Assembly: GCF_037042905.1 (NCBI RefSeq)
Contig: NC_087252.1
Location: 25,670,001 to 25,734,000, forward strand
Reading direction: 5' to 3'
Origin: Lytechinus pictus
Lineage: Eukaryota
Length of the DNA stretch: 64,000 bases
Position 1 is the stretch's first letter. Each line of letters starts with the position of its first letter. Shown here in pieces: positions 1-12,102 of this stretch. The position numbers and the translations under genes were made by a program. The notes beneath the pieces were generated by a model. It had not been told where the DNA came from. It worked only from the letters and a program-made list of their open reading frames with translations, and made no database searches.

Positions 1-341
1 TGACAATAAGAACCAACTTGACTGCACTAATTCTACATGTTCAGGGAGGAGTTGATAATTGCTGTTTCTCTTGACAATGAGAATAAAATTACATTTCATA
101 TTTCATATAAAAAATACAAAAGAAATATTGAGCGGATGACGCCATCAGTCTCCTCATTTTCATACCGATCAGGATGTGTATATAACTATAACTGTTTTGT
201 GAACATTAAGCGAAACTTTAAAATGTCATAACTTTCTTATTTACATCCGATTCTGCATGAAATTTTTCAGTATTATGCTTGATGAATATTTCTCTTTTTA
301 TTGAAATTAACTTTTTTTGTTGGGGTGACCTTGTTCTTTAA
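1..341. mobile_element. Right part of a TTAA-targeting (Kolobok-like) non-autonomous DNA transposon
   Basis: Shares the end block 'ttaaaatgtcataactttcttatt..acatccgatt..atgaaatttt' with 10398-10997 and ends '...ggggtgaccttgttct TTAA'. Confidence 0.7.
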
Positions 342-682
342 AATCAATGCCAAGTGAGGTCTGGCCCAATGAATCAGATCTACACTGGACTTCATTTTTT
401 CGACATCTTTATTTTGAGTTTACTTCAGCTCCAATTCTCCTAGCTGTTTAATATTCTTTGAGTTTGCTTGTTAATGACTGATTGCTGCGAGGTCTATCTG
501 TGAACAATCAGCACTCTACATTATTTGTTGTTGAAGAAAAAATGATGCTCATGAATTTAATACAGAAAAAAATAATACGAGATATATAAAAAATGCATGG
601 AGCTTCAAAAATTTTCTTGAAGATAAATGTATTCTTTTTATTTCACCATCAACCTTCTTTTGTCAGTATTCTTCATATCCAG

Positions 683-826
683 TGGCCCATTTCAAAAGTA
701 CTTCAACATTATGGCAACTACCATGGAAACCACAATTATAATTGGATGTTGCGCCATATTACCATGGTAGTTGCCATATTAAAGACAAAGTTATGATAGT
801 TGTACCTCTCTATGAATCAGGCCCCA
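683..826. mobile_element. Small palindromic MITE
   Basis: Perfect inverted repeat ATGGCAACTACCATGG (711-726) / CCATGGTAGTTGCCAT (762-777); ggccc-type ends. Confidence 0.55.
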
Positions 827-849
827 GGAGTGTCATTGCCATTCTGTTT

Positions 850-1825
850 AGAGATAACATTTAGTTGGTAACATTTTGTCATATTTCAAACAACCCTAGA
901 TCTATGTTTCCAAAATAAAACATTAGTCCAAAAATTACCCGTACCACGTTCCGTCCAGTACCCATCATTTTTATTTTCACAGTAACTGGTTTCATGTCTT
1001 GATATTTGCTATCGTAATTTCTGCAAATTGAGACTTGCAACTGTAACAATGGGAGATGTTTAAGTGAAAACTTCAAGTGGAAATTAGAATAGCACATTTT
1101 ATGGTGTAGTTGTTTATAATACGATATCAGTCATTAAAGTTATAGATTACTTGCAAATGATTTATTTCATATGGATTTATCATAAGTCATTCAGATGTAA
1201 TCATATATACACCGCTTTCCATTTTTGGTGATGCTGCATGTCTGACATTGCATCTTTTATGTTGAGACTGTTAACAGATTGTTAGCTCTGGCAAACTACA
1301 AACCACTGTCCCTTTGTTAGCTAACAATCGGATGAATATTGAGTGATGTCAGAGGGAATAAGATATCAGCTCTCTTTTTAGCGATGGATTCTTAAATTGT
1401 AACATGTGAGTGGTTTATCACATCAATAGCAATCGACTTGGATTTAGATGATAGGAAACCTTTAATTCCTATCGTAGTATGTTCAATGTTCAGAAGACCG
1501 AAATTTAACCTCATAGCAATGGAGCTGGCATAGAGGTAACTTTTACAGTGTTGGACAATGGGGGACAAGCTGGAGAAAAATGGATCCACAGTTATGTTGT
1601 CACCATGACTATCGGTGCTTTGAAAATACTGCAACATTGTCTCCTCGATTTGAAGTGAAGTTGGGACTTGAAGATTGGACTGATTTTGCGGACGTGCCTG
1701 AGGATGATGACGAGGAAGCCAGACCCACGATTTGGACAGATGTCACCATTCTCCTGCTCAGTTTCTTTCTGTTTGGTACAGGCTTCTCCTGGTGTGTCCA
1801 CATCAAACACAGGATCCAAGGTTGA
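850..1825 (+). pseudogene. Decayed leucine-rich-repeat membrane protein gene
   Basis: Frame-broken LRR-like segments LLANNRM, LSDVRGNKISAL, DGFLNC..VYHINSNRLGF..ETFN (~1314-1470). ORF 1580-1825 ends in an acidic stretch and a hydrophobic, TM-like segment (IWTDVTILLLSFFLFGTGFSWCV). Many stops and frameshifts. Confidence 0.45.
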
Positions 1826-2480
1826 ACTTGTTCTGTTGACAGAAAAATCATATGTTCAAATTTATTTCATATGTTTTATTCATAATACTGAATACTAAAA
1901 AATAGACTCTCATGTACCAAGTCGATACAGTCTGTCTGTTCTTTAATATTCATTAATATTCTTAATATTTAATTTTATTTTATTATATTATTTTGTTAAG
2001 GGGCATGTTACTTTTCAGAAGGCAAATGGCTTTCACTTCAAAGAAATGCAACATCCAATAACCTGTACCATGTTGCACAGATAGTCAGATACAAATATGA
2101 TAAATCATATTGAATGAAAATGTGGATGTATATAATAATTAAAGGAAACGGGTTGATGTAAACATGAGAGAATTAGCCAATCATCAATGTAAAATGATTC
2201 GTATAGTTTGTATGAGAGCTCACATATCCGGGCTCATATCTACCCTGCGGAGTGCACAAAGTGCAAATTAATACCATAGCTGTTGCCCGACCGTTTCTTG
2301 GTGCAAGGACGTTTCTTGGTGCAAGGAATTCCTATCAGAACCCAGAAACTAAACCTGGGTCAAGTGCAGCACAATATCAGAATTCATATTTGTAAAATGC
2401 ATTTCTTTGCATGAATTCAAATGGATACACACATATTCTCTCTTCCCTGGGATAAGAAAACAAAATATTGAATAACTTAC

Positions 2481-3350
2481 TCTCGATTATATATGTGGGG
2501 AACTAGGAATTCCATTGCCTCACTGTACTTGTATTTAAGTGCTGTGTTTGAGGGAGCTCCGTTACCATGCTTCGTCTCCATTTTCTGTCGTTTTTTAGGA
2601 AGTTGTCCCTCACCTCGCTTCGTCACCTAAAAATGGTTTTAAAAAATCAACACGAAATCTAATTCCTATAACCTCTGAAAATTTTCATTTCTGTTTATGA
2701 CTCTTCTCAAGCCCTACCCCTACCACCCCCTTCCCCGAAATATTTAAATGTGAAAATGGACAACATGCTTTTGAAAGTAAAGAATTTTGCTTCCTTCATT
2801 TTTTTTTGCTTGTAAAAGTGACGTAATATTTATATTAAGTATTTGTGAGGAGGGGTTGGTATAAAGTTTCTGGTCCACATCACAAAGTAAGTTCTCTTTC
2901 TGCATTTACATTCCCTTGCTCTTGTGTCTCATTTACTTTCCGTTATTTTTTTAAATTAAAACACTAAACTATCTTACACATGTGCAAACAATTAAAAAGA
3001 TGGCCATAAAGACCAAAACTTACCATTGGTATTCATTGAATTACAACAACTGGAAGGTAGCTACAGTTGTTAGATTGTTAATTTGATTTGCTTTCAAACA
3101 TCCAGATACAAATATAACCCTTTTATAAATATGTACATTGTTCAATATTTTTCTTCAAATTGATAGTGAAAAAAATCGTGAAGCATGAAAAAAAATAATA
3201 TGACGTAAAATAATACCAACCTGAGATTACAAGCTGACGCCCAATGTCACGTCATACATCATTTTTTACTTCTGTATCCTTGAACATCTCAAATCTCTTG
3301 TCATACAGGATTGAATTTTCCTACACTTCTAGGATAAGGGCTTCCTCCAT
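2481..3350 (-). pseudogene. Spliced MADF (Myb/SANT-like) domain pseudogene, Harbinger-type DNA-binding protein
   Basis: Exon 3359-3221 reads MEEALILEV*ENSILYDKRFEMFKDTEVKNDV*RDIGRQLVIS(G). Exon 2626-2481 reads DEAR/VRDNFLK/RQKMETKHGNGAPSNTALKYKYSEAMEFLVPHIYNR. AG/GT sites are canonical and phase-1 compatible; 2 stops and 2 frameshifts. Confidence 0.8.
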
Positions 3351-4199
3351 GTCGGTTATCTGTCATGCAACACATTCCATAAAAATGTTATTAGCAAATA
3401 CTACTAATAATAAAGGTTTTAAGGGAGAATTGCAAAAGCGATTAGGGAAAGGCCAGTGTCCAATCAGCAATTTCTATACATTTACATTGTAACTGGCAGG
3501 CTTGCTGATCAGGGTCCCATTTTTTGTTCATGCACAAAATAATAGAAATTCACCTAATCGAAATGATTTCGTTTGTTGTAGAGAAAAGTGATCGTCTAGA
3601 AATTCCTTCAAGAGCTTGAAATGTATTTTATCATTTGAAAACTACATGTAAACATTGGGTCATGTTAAGAAAAAAAAAGATAGAGGCACAATTTTTTGCC
3701 TCCATGAGGGCCTATAAGCTAAGCCATATTATGTTGTTTTTTTAGGCATGGAAAGTTTGTTGAATGAAATGTCAACAAATTGTCTTCTCTGTATGGTATA
3801 CATACCCAATCACTTCAGCCCCCCCCCCCCCAAAAAAAAAAAAAAAAAAAAAAATTATAATGATACTAAAATAAGAAATAAACCAATAAAAAAGAATGAA
3901 ATTACACAAATAAAGCAATCAAATTTTCGGACAAAAATGTGCAGATTAAAGAGTCATGCCAGCACAAGAACGGACATATTTCATATTGAAAAAGGGTAAC
4001 TTTTGTTCTAGGGGATTTTTTTCGGGCAAGCCAGTGCCAACCCAAACCTCTTCCCACTGCCCCATGATTGAGCTGCCCCTGGATAAAGGAAAGGGCGCTA
4101 GTTTTAAAATCCCATACATAATAACAGACTTGACAATTTTGGAAAAATTGCAAACAATAACTTTTTTTAATGCAAGTTCTCTACAAAATTATAGTAGCC

Positions 4200-4572
4200 T
4201 AAATTTAGTGACTACTAGGCCTACACGCTGCAGACAAAACGACCCAGTGCCTCTATCTCATCATAGGTCTATTATAGAACCTATTAGGCCTACTAACTTT
4301 TAGTATTTTTAAGATTAGCCTACCGTACAAATAGTAGTAAAAAGTTAGATCTAACATTTAGTGCGCTAGGCTAATCTAAAAAATTCATCATAAATTTAGT
4401 GACTACTAGTCCTACACGCTGCAGACAAAACGACCCAGTGCCTCTATCTCATCATAGGTCTATTATAGACCCTATTAGGCCTACTAACTTTTAGTATTTT
4501 TAAGATTAGCCTACCGTACAAATACTAGTAGTAAAAAGTTAGATCTAATATTTAGTGCGCTAGGCTAATCTT
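4200..4572. repeat. Tandem duplication, ~190-bp unit, 2 copies
   Basis: 'taaatttagtgactactag.cctacacgctgcagacaaaacgacc...' starts at 4200 and at 4391; copies are nearly identical. Confidence 0.9.
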
Positions 4573-5111
4573 AAAGATTAATCATATTCGTTATTAGAGG
4601 TCTACCTTACTTTAAGACTTAGGTCTAAAGTTAGACCTAGGTCTACTTTAGACTAGGCCTAGACTAACAACACTGTCAACAGGTGTAACTTTTGTTAAAG
4701 TTATAGGTCTACCTAACGTTAGATCTAACTAGGCCTAACGTTAGGTCTAACGCTAGTTAGATCTAAACTCTAACTTACCAAAGACAAGTCTAACTTCAAG
4801 CTTTAAGTTTAGTAATCTAACGCTAGGCCAGTCTATGGATTATCGAGCTAACATTATTAGGCAAAACGTTAGATCTAGATTTAACTTAGGCTAGGCTAGC
4901 CTAAACTTAAAGTTAGATCTTAAGTTAGGCCTGACGTTTTAACATTTCTAACGTTAGACGTACGGTACTAAGTTAGATCTAGACCGAGTCTATATAGGCC
5001 CTAATTCAGTACGTTAGATCATGATATTGATAACGTTATTCCAATTATTATTTCTGGCCTTATTTTCTTGTGGAAGTTGTGCTCTACTTTTGGGGGCTCA
5101 GCTCTAAGTTA

Positions 5112-5380
5112 CACTGTAAAAAATAAAGTGCTAATTTAGCACTTACACTGTGCTTGTAAGCTGCACTATGTAATTTGTTGTAGGCCTAACGTTAGGCCTA
5201 ACACTACCCAGGGAGCTCCCTGGGTTAAACAGTACCTTATAGTAATTGCACAAGTACGAGTACGATCGAGTGGCTGATTTTATAGTTTAAATTTGAACTA
5301 GAAAATCAGCACTCGTAGTGCAGTCACTATGCAAGCACTGTAACGTTAAGTGCTAAAATAGCACTTCATTTTTTATAGTG
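5112..5380. mobile_element. CACTG-terminated MITE (EnSpm/CACTA-like), TA flanks
   Basis: TA|CACTGTAAAAAATAAAGTGCTAA ... TAGCACTTCATTTTTTATAGTG|TA; related copy at 8564-8729. Confidence 0.75.
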
Positions 5381-5844
5381 TAAATTATGCGAATTCACTT
5401 GTTCTTAATTAGGCTAGTTGCTTACCAGACCAAGAATGGCAAGAACATGTCCTCCTTCATCTCTCTTCAGCAGGTACCGGTAATACACGTAGGCCTACGT
5501 GTATGTGCGATTTTGCATTTAACACGTAAACTCCCATAGACTCTCACCGCAGGCGACTTGTCGCTTGATCAGAAAATATGTGGGCAATGACGTAATTTAT
5601 CTGGACTGTGATTGGCCAGAAGTAAAAAAACCGTGTACCGTGCTCTGAAAATGGCTTGCTGATCGATCTGCAAATCCGGCAAATTACGCCGTGTTGTACA
5701 ACACGGCACGGCACCGTTGAAGTGGAAACAGTTTCATAGGATTTAGTGGTGATCGATCTTTTTGGCCGTGCCGGATTGCCGTGGCGCCGTGCACGGTCGC
5801 CGTGCCGGATGCGGTGTAAACGGGCCTTTACACGTATAGTTAAT

Positions 5845-5999
5845 AGAACCAAATCCGCCGAGGAACCAAATCTGCAAACTTCAAGCCGCGTCAAACCCGG
5901 CGGATATGGTTCCGATTAAAAACGATATCGGCCATTTAGAACGATATCTGCCGGCGGATACTGTATCCGCCGGTGGAACCGAATCCGCCGCTACACCGG
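5845..5999. repeat. GC-rich end fragment of a non-autonomous DNA element
   Basis: Repeated 'gaacc.aatccgcc' units and an internal hairpin gccggcggatac/gtatccgccgg. Confidence 0.45.
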
Positions 6000-6084
6000 C
6001 ACTTTTTATGTAGCTGATAGAGAACCGAAATGTCTAATCTTAACTCTTTAAGTGGTCAAAAAAGCCTAAATAAATAAATAAATC

Positions 6085-6467
6085 ATCAGGTTTATTTTCT
6101 CTTGATGATTTATTCACTTCTGACAAAAGTTGGAATTTTGCATGAAAATTAATCATAAGGACTTTGTGTAGAAACATCCAAGGAAGATCAACAAGCATCA
6201 AGTGCCCAATAAACTTTTTAATGACCATTGCATCCAACAGGGAAATCTTAGATGGATAATATTTGTTTAAGCCTAGAGATGTTATGATATCTGAAAAATC
6301 ACCTTGTTCTGTGACCCCAGCACTGGCTGTCATATCTGATCCTTCTTCGTGTGTGTTTCTGTCTTTTGAGCTAAATACGTTTTGCATATCCGAAATATCC
6401 TCTTCTCGTGCCCCAGAAAATGACATCTTACCCGTTGTCTTTTCTGAAATGATACTCCTGTTCAAAC
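6085..6467 (-). pseudogene. Truncated exon of a very large inducible GTPase / URGCP-like (GVIN family) gene
   Basis: Motif LGLNKYYPSKISLLDAMVI...LVDLPWMFLHKVLMINFHAK matches the GVIN1/URGCP N-terminal signature. Acceptor ttgcag precedes 6467. The frame runs into repeat DNA at ~6080 and no GTPase domain follows. Confidence 0.7.
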
Positions 6468-6693
6468 CTGCAAATAGTTGATATTAGAACAAAATAGGAC
6501 AAATGATAACAGAATTATACAAAATGAAACTCACACGCACCTGAACTGATTTTTCACTTGCTTAAATTTGTTATTGATTTAACTGCATATTCTCATTTAA
6601 GAACCAGTACAAATTCATAAGCTAGAGCATCAGTCTTTATTTAGATATGATATCCTTGACAATCTTTATCATAGACATCATGGGAATAAATTT

Positions 6694-7184
6694 CGGTTAC
6701 ACTTCGTAATTCCGAAGGTTCGTATTTCCGAAGGTTCTTTATTCCGAAGGTTCGTAATTCCAAAACACGTAAATTGCCTATACCTCGAAGTTTGTTAATC
6801 CGAATTCGTAAAAGGGTTCGTTAATCCGAACATTTGTGGCGTTATTCCGAAGGTTCGTTATTCCGAAGATTCGATAATCCGAAAACGAAATAAGGTTCGA
6901 TGTTCCGACGGTTCGTTAATCCGAAAACGAAATAAGGTTCGTTGTTCCGAAGGTTCGTTAGTCCAAAAACGAAATAAGGTTAGTTAATCGTTTAGTTTTC
7001 GGACTAACGAACCTTCGGAATTACGAACCTCATTTCATTTTCAGATTAACGAACCTTCGGAATTACGAACCTCATTTCGTTTTAGGACTAACGAACCTTC
7101 GGAAATACGAACCTTCGGAATAACGAACCTTCGGAATACCCAAACCTTCGGAACAACGAAGCTTCGGAATTACGAATGTATGCG
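6694..7184. mobile_element. Fold-back non-autonomous DNA transposon built of TTCCGAAGGTTCG units, 7-bp TSD
   Basis: TAAATTT at 6687-6693 and 7185-7191; ends CGGTTACACTTCGTAATTCCGAAG / CTTCGGAATTACGAATGTATGCG; unit orientation flips near 6990. Confidence 0.85.
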
Positions 7185-8563
7185 TAAATTTCGACCATGA
7201 CTAAAGGGATTATTACAATCGTGATAATACGTGTGATGATTATAATGATGATAATAGTGATAATGCTCATGAAAAACAGGAAGTAAGGAATGAACTTTGA
7301 GGCACGTAATACACATTGAAAATGCCTCAAAAATGTCAGACCATTTTACCGATATTGGCTCACTAAAAAGTGCAAAATTTGAAAGTTAATATTGATGTTT
7401 TTTTGTTTTTTAAAATTAATGCGAAAAAAAATCGCTTTAAAATTCTCATAAATTTTCTGCTAAATTTCAATAAAGTTTCCGGCAAGAATTTAATAATGCC
7501 AATGTATGTCAATTTAGCAGCATTTTCTTGAAAATTCATTGGCGATGTACATTTTAACATGAAAACAAATTTTTTATACAAAATTTCTGGAAAATTTTCC
7601 ATAAAGATACAGCAAGAATTTACACAATGCGAATGACAGTCAATTTCACATCATTTACTTGAATACTCACATATATATATTTATATCAAGAAAACAAGTT
7701 ATGTTGAACAATTTTATGGAAAATATTGTAAAATTCCTGCAAAGTTTACACGAAATTTCCGAAAAAATGTATCAATTTTACAGCATGGACTTGAAAATGC
7801 ATTCGCGATGATATTCGATGGGAAAAACATGTACTAAATTCGTAAACATTTGTTTTTCAAAATTTCTGCAAAATGTCAGGCAAGAAATGGCACAATGCTT
7901 CAATTTCACTAAAGGGATAAGAAAATTCGTTATGCGTTTCATGAAGTAAAAATGACCCTAAGAAAAAAATGGGAAAATTATGCCAAATGTCCAGGGGGAA
8001 AAATGCCGCCCAAGAGCGTTTAAATCTCACGTCAGAAACTTGAAAATTGATTTATATTTTTTAAAATCTTAACTGGACATAGCACACTGATGCTTTGGTC
8101 AAACGTGAGAAACATTCCGATTTTTTATAGTAATTTTTTTTCGGCTACATCATATCAAAGTTTGAATAAATACGTTGACATTATCATATGGTGAAAATGT
8201 GTAATTTTATTAACGTCATTTTGACATCTTGATTTGTCCAAATATACGACTCAGACGTTATCCAAGTGTGAGGAAAATTGAGGATCCCATTTCTTTCCGA
8301 TGTGCTACAATTAATCTTATTTTTTAACTTGCAAATGAAACACCATACGTCTTCAAAGCGTTATAGATGTTGGAACTGTGGTGTAGATGTTGGGTTACCA
8401 AACAGATATGTAGCTTAAACATTTCTGAATGTAGTGAGATTGAAAACAATGTATTTTTAGGCATAATGTTTTAACTTTCATAAACACCTGAAAAAATATA
8501 GAGGTTGAACGGGTGAAACACCTCAGCTTACGCTTCGTATTCTTCACTTTACTCATTCCTTTA

Positions 8564-8729
8564 CACTGTAAGAGATGAGGTGCTAATTTGGCACTTGCAG
8601 TGCTTGTGTAGTGGCTGCGCTGCGGGTGCTGATTTTCTAGTTTAAATTTTAACCAGAAAATCGGCAATCATGGTGTGGTCGCTGTGCAGGCGCTGTGGGT
8701 GCTGGGTTAGCACTTCATCTTTTACAGCG
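8564..8729. mobile_element. CACTG-terminated MITE, relative of 5112-5380
   Basis: TA|CACTGTAAGAGATGAGGTGCTAA ... TTAGCACTTCATCTTTTACAGCG|TA. Confidence 0.7.
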
Positions 8730-9031
8730 TACAATGCGTGTCGTCATTACAACAATTTATTTTGTATACCAGTCCAAGCTCGTGCTTGAATTAGAGTGCG
8801 CCATTACACAATATGCAGTGCTTGTCCTGCTATTTCTATCAATATTTATACTTGTTTATGTTTTTATTTCTATCAATATTTATACTTGTTTATGTTTATA
8901 TTTCTATTGCTACTTTATTCATCATACTCTTTGCTCAAGTGTATTTTATTTTATACATTTTAGCCTGCCCTTTTCGGACTGTCCCCTTTTCGACGTCCCC
9001 TTTTCCGTTATGAAAGAGAACATTTTCTTAA

Positions 9032-9626
9032 AGGGGAATCCAGCCTTGGCCATTAAATGTTGTGTTGAGAAGGAGAAAAATAAATTAAACAGAATGGTGA
9101 AAGTTTGCAAGAAATCGGACAAGCAATAAGAAAGTTATAGCTGCTTTGAAATTCATATCACTAATACTATGTAGGTTTCAAATTGGCAACTGGGTAAGTA
9201 AATTATGACAAGGGCAAGGACAACTTTCCCATAGGCCATGTACTTTATTATCAGGGATTTGTGGTTTTCTCCTGTAGTACCTATTCCCCTGGGGCAGTAA
9301 TCTAAATATGACCCTGGTAGGATGTTGTTTTATGTTCTCATGAAAGAAAAATATAATTTGAAAGAAAACTTTTGGGGAAAATGACATTTTAGCCATAATA
9401 TGTATTTGAGTACATGGGAGAGAAGCCCTTGCCTTACATCACTATGACATCCCATATACAGCCAATTTGAAGTCTCCATGGATATAGTGATATCCAATAT
9501 TTACAACTTGTAAAAATTCACAACTTTCTTGTTGTTTGTCCAATATTGTTCAAACTTTCCCTTATCAACTTGTCTGATTTTTCTTTTTCTTATAAAAACA
9601 GATTCTTATTTGGGTCGGATTCCCAT
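9032..9626. mobile_element. Kolobok-like MITE, TTAA TSD
   Basis: TTAA at 9028-9031 and 9627-9630; TIR AGGGGAATCC / GGATTCCCAT. Confidence 0.8.
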
Positions 9627-10397
9627 TTAATGCTGCCAGTTGCATACTCTTAATTTACTATATTTCCAATGCTCCATGATAATGTAATGATAACATCCCC
9701 ATCTATTGTAAATGGACTTTCTTTTACATTTTTCTTTTTAGTCATGGATCTCTTTCAACTTACAGCTATCAAAAATGACAATGTTTTTTACACATCCCTG
9801 TGTAGTACCTCAAAAAAATGTACCGCACATTCATAAAAATCAGTCCTTTATTCAGTCGCTTGACAACAGCTCTCTCAACTTCAAAATACATGAAATAGTT
9901 TTTGATATTGATAGCAAAGACAATCCATCTAAATCATTTTCATCAAACTATGTAACAGAGAACAATTTTTTATCAGCTTTGCAATCTGTTTCCATCAATG
10001 ATCTCCTCTTTTTACATTTCAACGTTAGAAGTCTACACAAAGACTTTGATTTTGGGGGTGGTTTTTCACAAAGCAGCTTAAATCTAAACATGCTTATGTT
10101 AGGAATTAGTGAAACATGACTCCAAGACACGCCATCCTCTCATTTTTCTTTGAATGGTTTTAACTTTTTTTTCATAAGTCGCATTGGAAAAAGAGGTGGT
10201 AGAGTAGGTATTTATGTCCCGGTTGATTTGATCTCTGAAGTCAAGGGGGAGTTCACACAAAATATCAGATTCATTAGAAACTATTTTCATCGAAAAAAAG
10301 GGTAATTTGATAGTCGACATAGGTTATAAAGCACCACATTCTAATTCAAAAGAACTCATTGAATCTATGCAACATATATTATCACCCCGTTCTTTAA

Positions 10398-10997
10398 ACG
10401 ACAAGTTCACCCCAACGAAAACTTGATTTGAATGAAAATAGAAAATTCAACAAGCATAACACAGAAAATGTCATCAATATCGGATGTAAACTAAGAAAGT
10501 AATGACATTTTAAAGTTTCGCTTCATTTCACAAAAAAAGTTATATGCACATCTCGGTCGGTATGTAAATGAAGGATCTGATGAAATCACTCACTATTTCT
10601 TTTGTATTTTATTATATGAAATATGAAATATTTCGATTTTCTCGTCATTGTCATGTGAAATGAAGTTTCATTCCTCCCTAAACACGTGGAATTCCATTAT
10701 TTTAACATTTTGTGCTTCAGGCAAGGAGGTCCTAATCATCAAAGTCGTAAAACTTGAAATAGTGTATAATTCAAACAATAAAAAACAAGAGAAATAGTGA
10801 GTGAGTGACATCATCGACTTTGTCATTTGGATGTAACTGGCTCGTTCATATAACTATTTTGTTAAAAATAAGTGAAACTTTAAAATGTCATAACTTTCTT
10901 ATTTTTACATCCGATTTTGATGAAATTTTCAGCATAGTGTTTGTCTGATATTTCTCTATTGATTCAAATCAACATTTTTCTGAGGTTGACTTGACCT
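10398..10997. mobile_element. Kolobok-like MITE nested in LINE
   Basis: TTAA at 10394-10397 and 10998-11001; long imperfect TIRs; removal restores SLNNKSCVIMGD. Confidence 0.85.
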
Positions 10998-11517
10998 TTA
11001 AACAACAAATCTTGTGTAATTATGGGAGATCTTAATCTAAATCTCCGCCAATTTCACGATAATTCAGACTGTCCAGACATCCTTGACTTGCTACTTCCTC
11101 TTCATTTGTTCCAACTATTTCTAAACCTACTAGAATTACTGAATCACCAGCCACTTTAATTGATAATATTTTTGTTTATAAAACGCATGATGTAAAATCT
11201 GGGATTATATTTTGCGACATTTTGGACCATTTCCTTATACAGTATATCATATCCAATCACATCTTGTCTGCCTGATTCGGTAAATAACATTAGGGCTCGC
11301 AACTTTTCGGAGGCTAACGTTAACAGTTTTATTAGGTAACTTGCAGTTGCTGATTGGAATTCTGTATTTGCTACAGAAAATGCTGTATTATTTTCCAATA
11401 ATCTTATGGATATCTTCACGCACAACCTCAATTCTTCTATTCCATTCCGCAGACGCCATGTTTAAATTACAAAAACGAGATTCCTAAGCTCTCTATGATT
11501 ACCAAATCCCTTCTTAA

Positions 11518-12102
11518 AGGAGAATGAAACTCTTGGAGCAAGTTAGCTTTTGTGAAAGCAGAAAAATCAAAGAATAAGATCAACAAAAGTTTGAGTAAAA
11601 TAGGACTAGCAATAGAAGAGTTATGAGCATTTGAATGTCGAGATCACTGATGCTATGGAGATTCTCCTATTGGCAATGCGACCAAGATCTATGATGTCAC
11701 AGATGAACAACTCTCCCCTTTTAGACACTGAAAATATACCCCAAAACATCTCTTTTTGCTCATTCTAATCATTATGACAAACGATTCATCAATGATATAA
11801 TGTTGTGAAACCTCTGTACTTGTCCTCTCATAAAGAGAACACTTCACCTTGTGATAGACTCTATAAAAGTGAGAATATAAGTGAAATAAGTACTAAAGTA
11901 ATGAGGGAGTTGTACGTGTGTGACATCACAGATCTTGGTCGCATTGCCAAAGGGAGGATCTACATGGCATTAGTGATCTCAATATTCAAATGCTCATAAC
12001 TTTCTTATTATTCATTCAATCTTCCTCAAACTTTCAACAATATGTTTCTTTGATTTTTCTCTTTGATATGGATTCAGCTGGTTTCAAGGGTTTCATTCTC
12101 CT
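11518..12102. mobile_element. Kolobok-like MITE nested in LINE
   Basis: TTAA|AGGAGAATGAAAC ... GTTTCATTCTCCT|TTAA; removal restores KSLLKSINKK. Confidence 0.9.

Larger units (their letters stand above)
2481..5827 (-). mobile_element. Truncated PIF/Harbinger transposon relic
   Basis: Minus-strand end reads TAA|AGGCCCGTTTACAC (5827) with GC-rich cacggc subterminal repeats, a first-exon donor GTAAG at 5425 and the downstream MADF gene. The second TIR and the transposase were not seen. Confidence 0.65.

Noticed and set aside
2213..2400. Possible SINE remnant with an 18-bp tandem duplication
   Set aside because: Too decayed to define boundaries or family from sequence alone.
6694..7184. CRISPR-like short repeat array
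   Set aside because: No unique spacers, orientation inverts, TSD present, eukaryotic context; it is a fold-back transposon.
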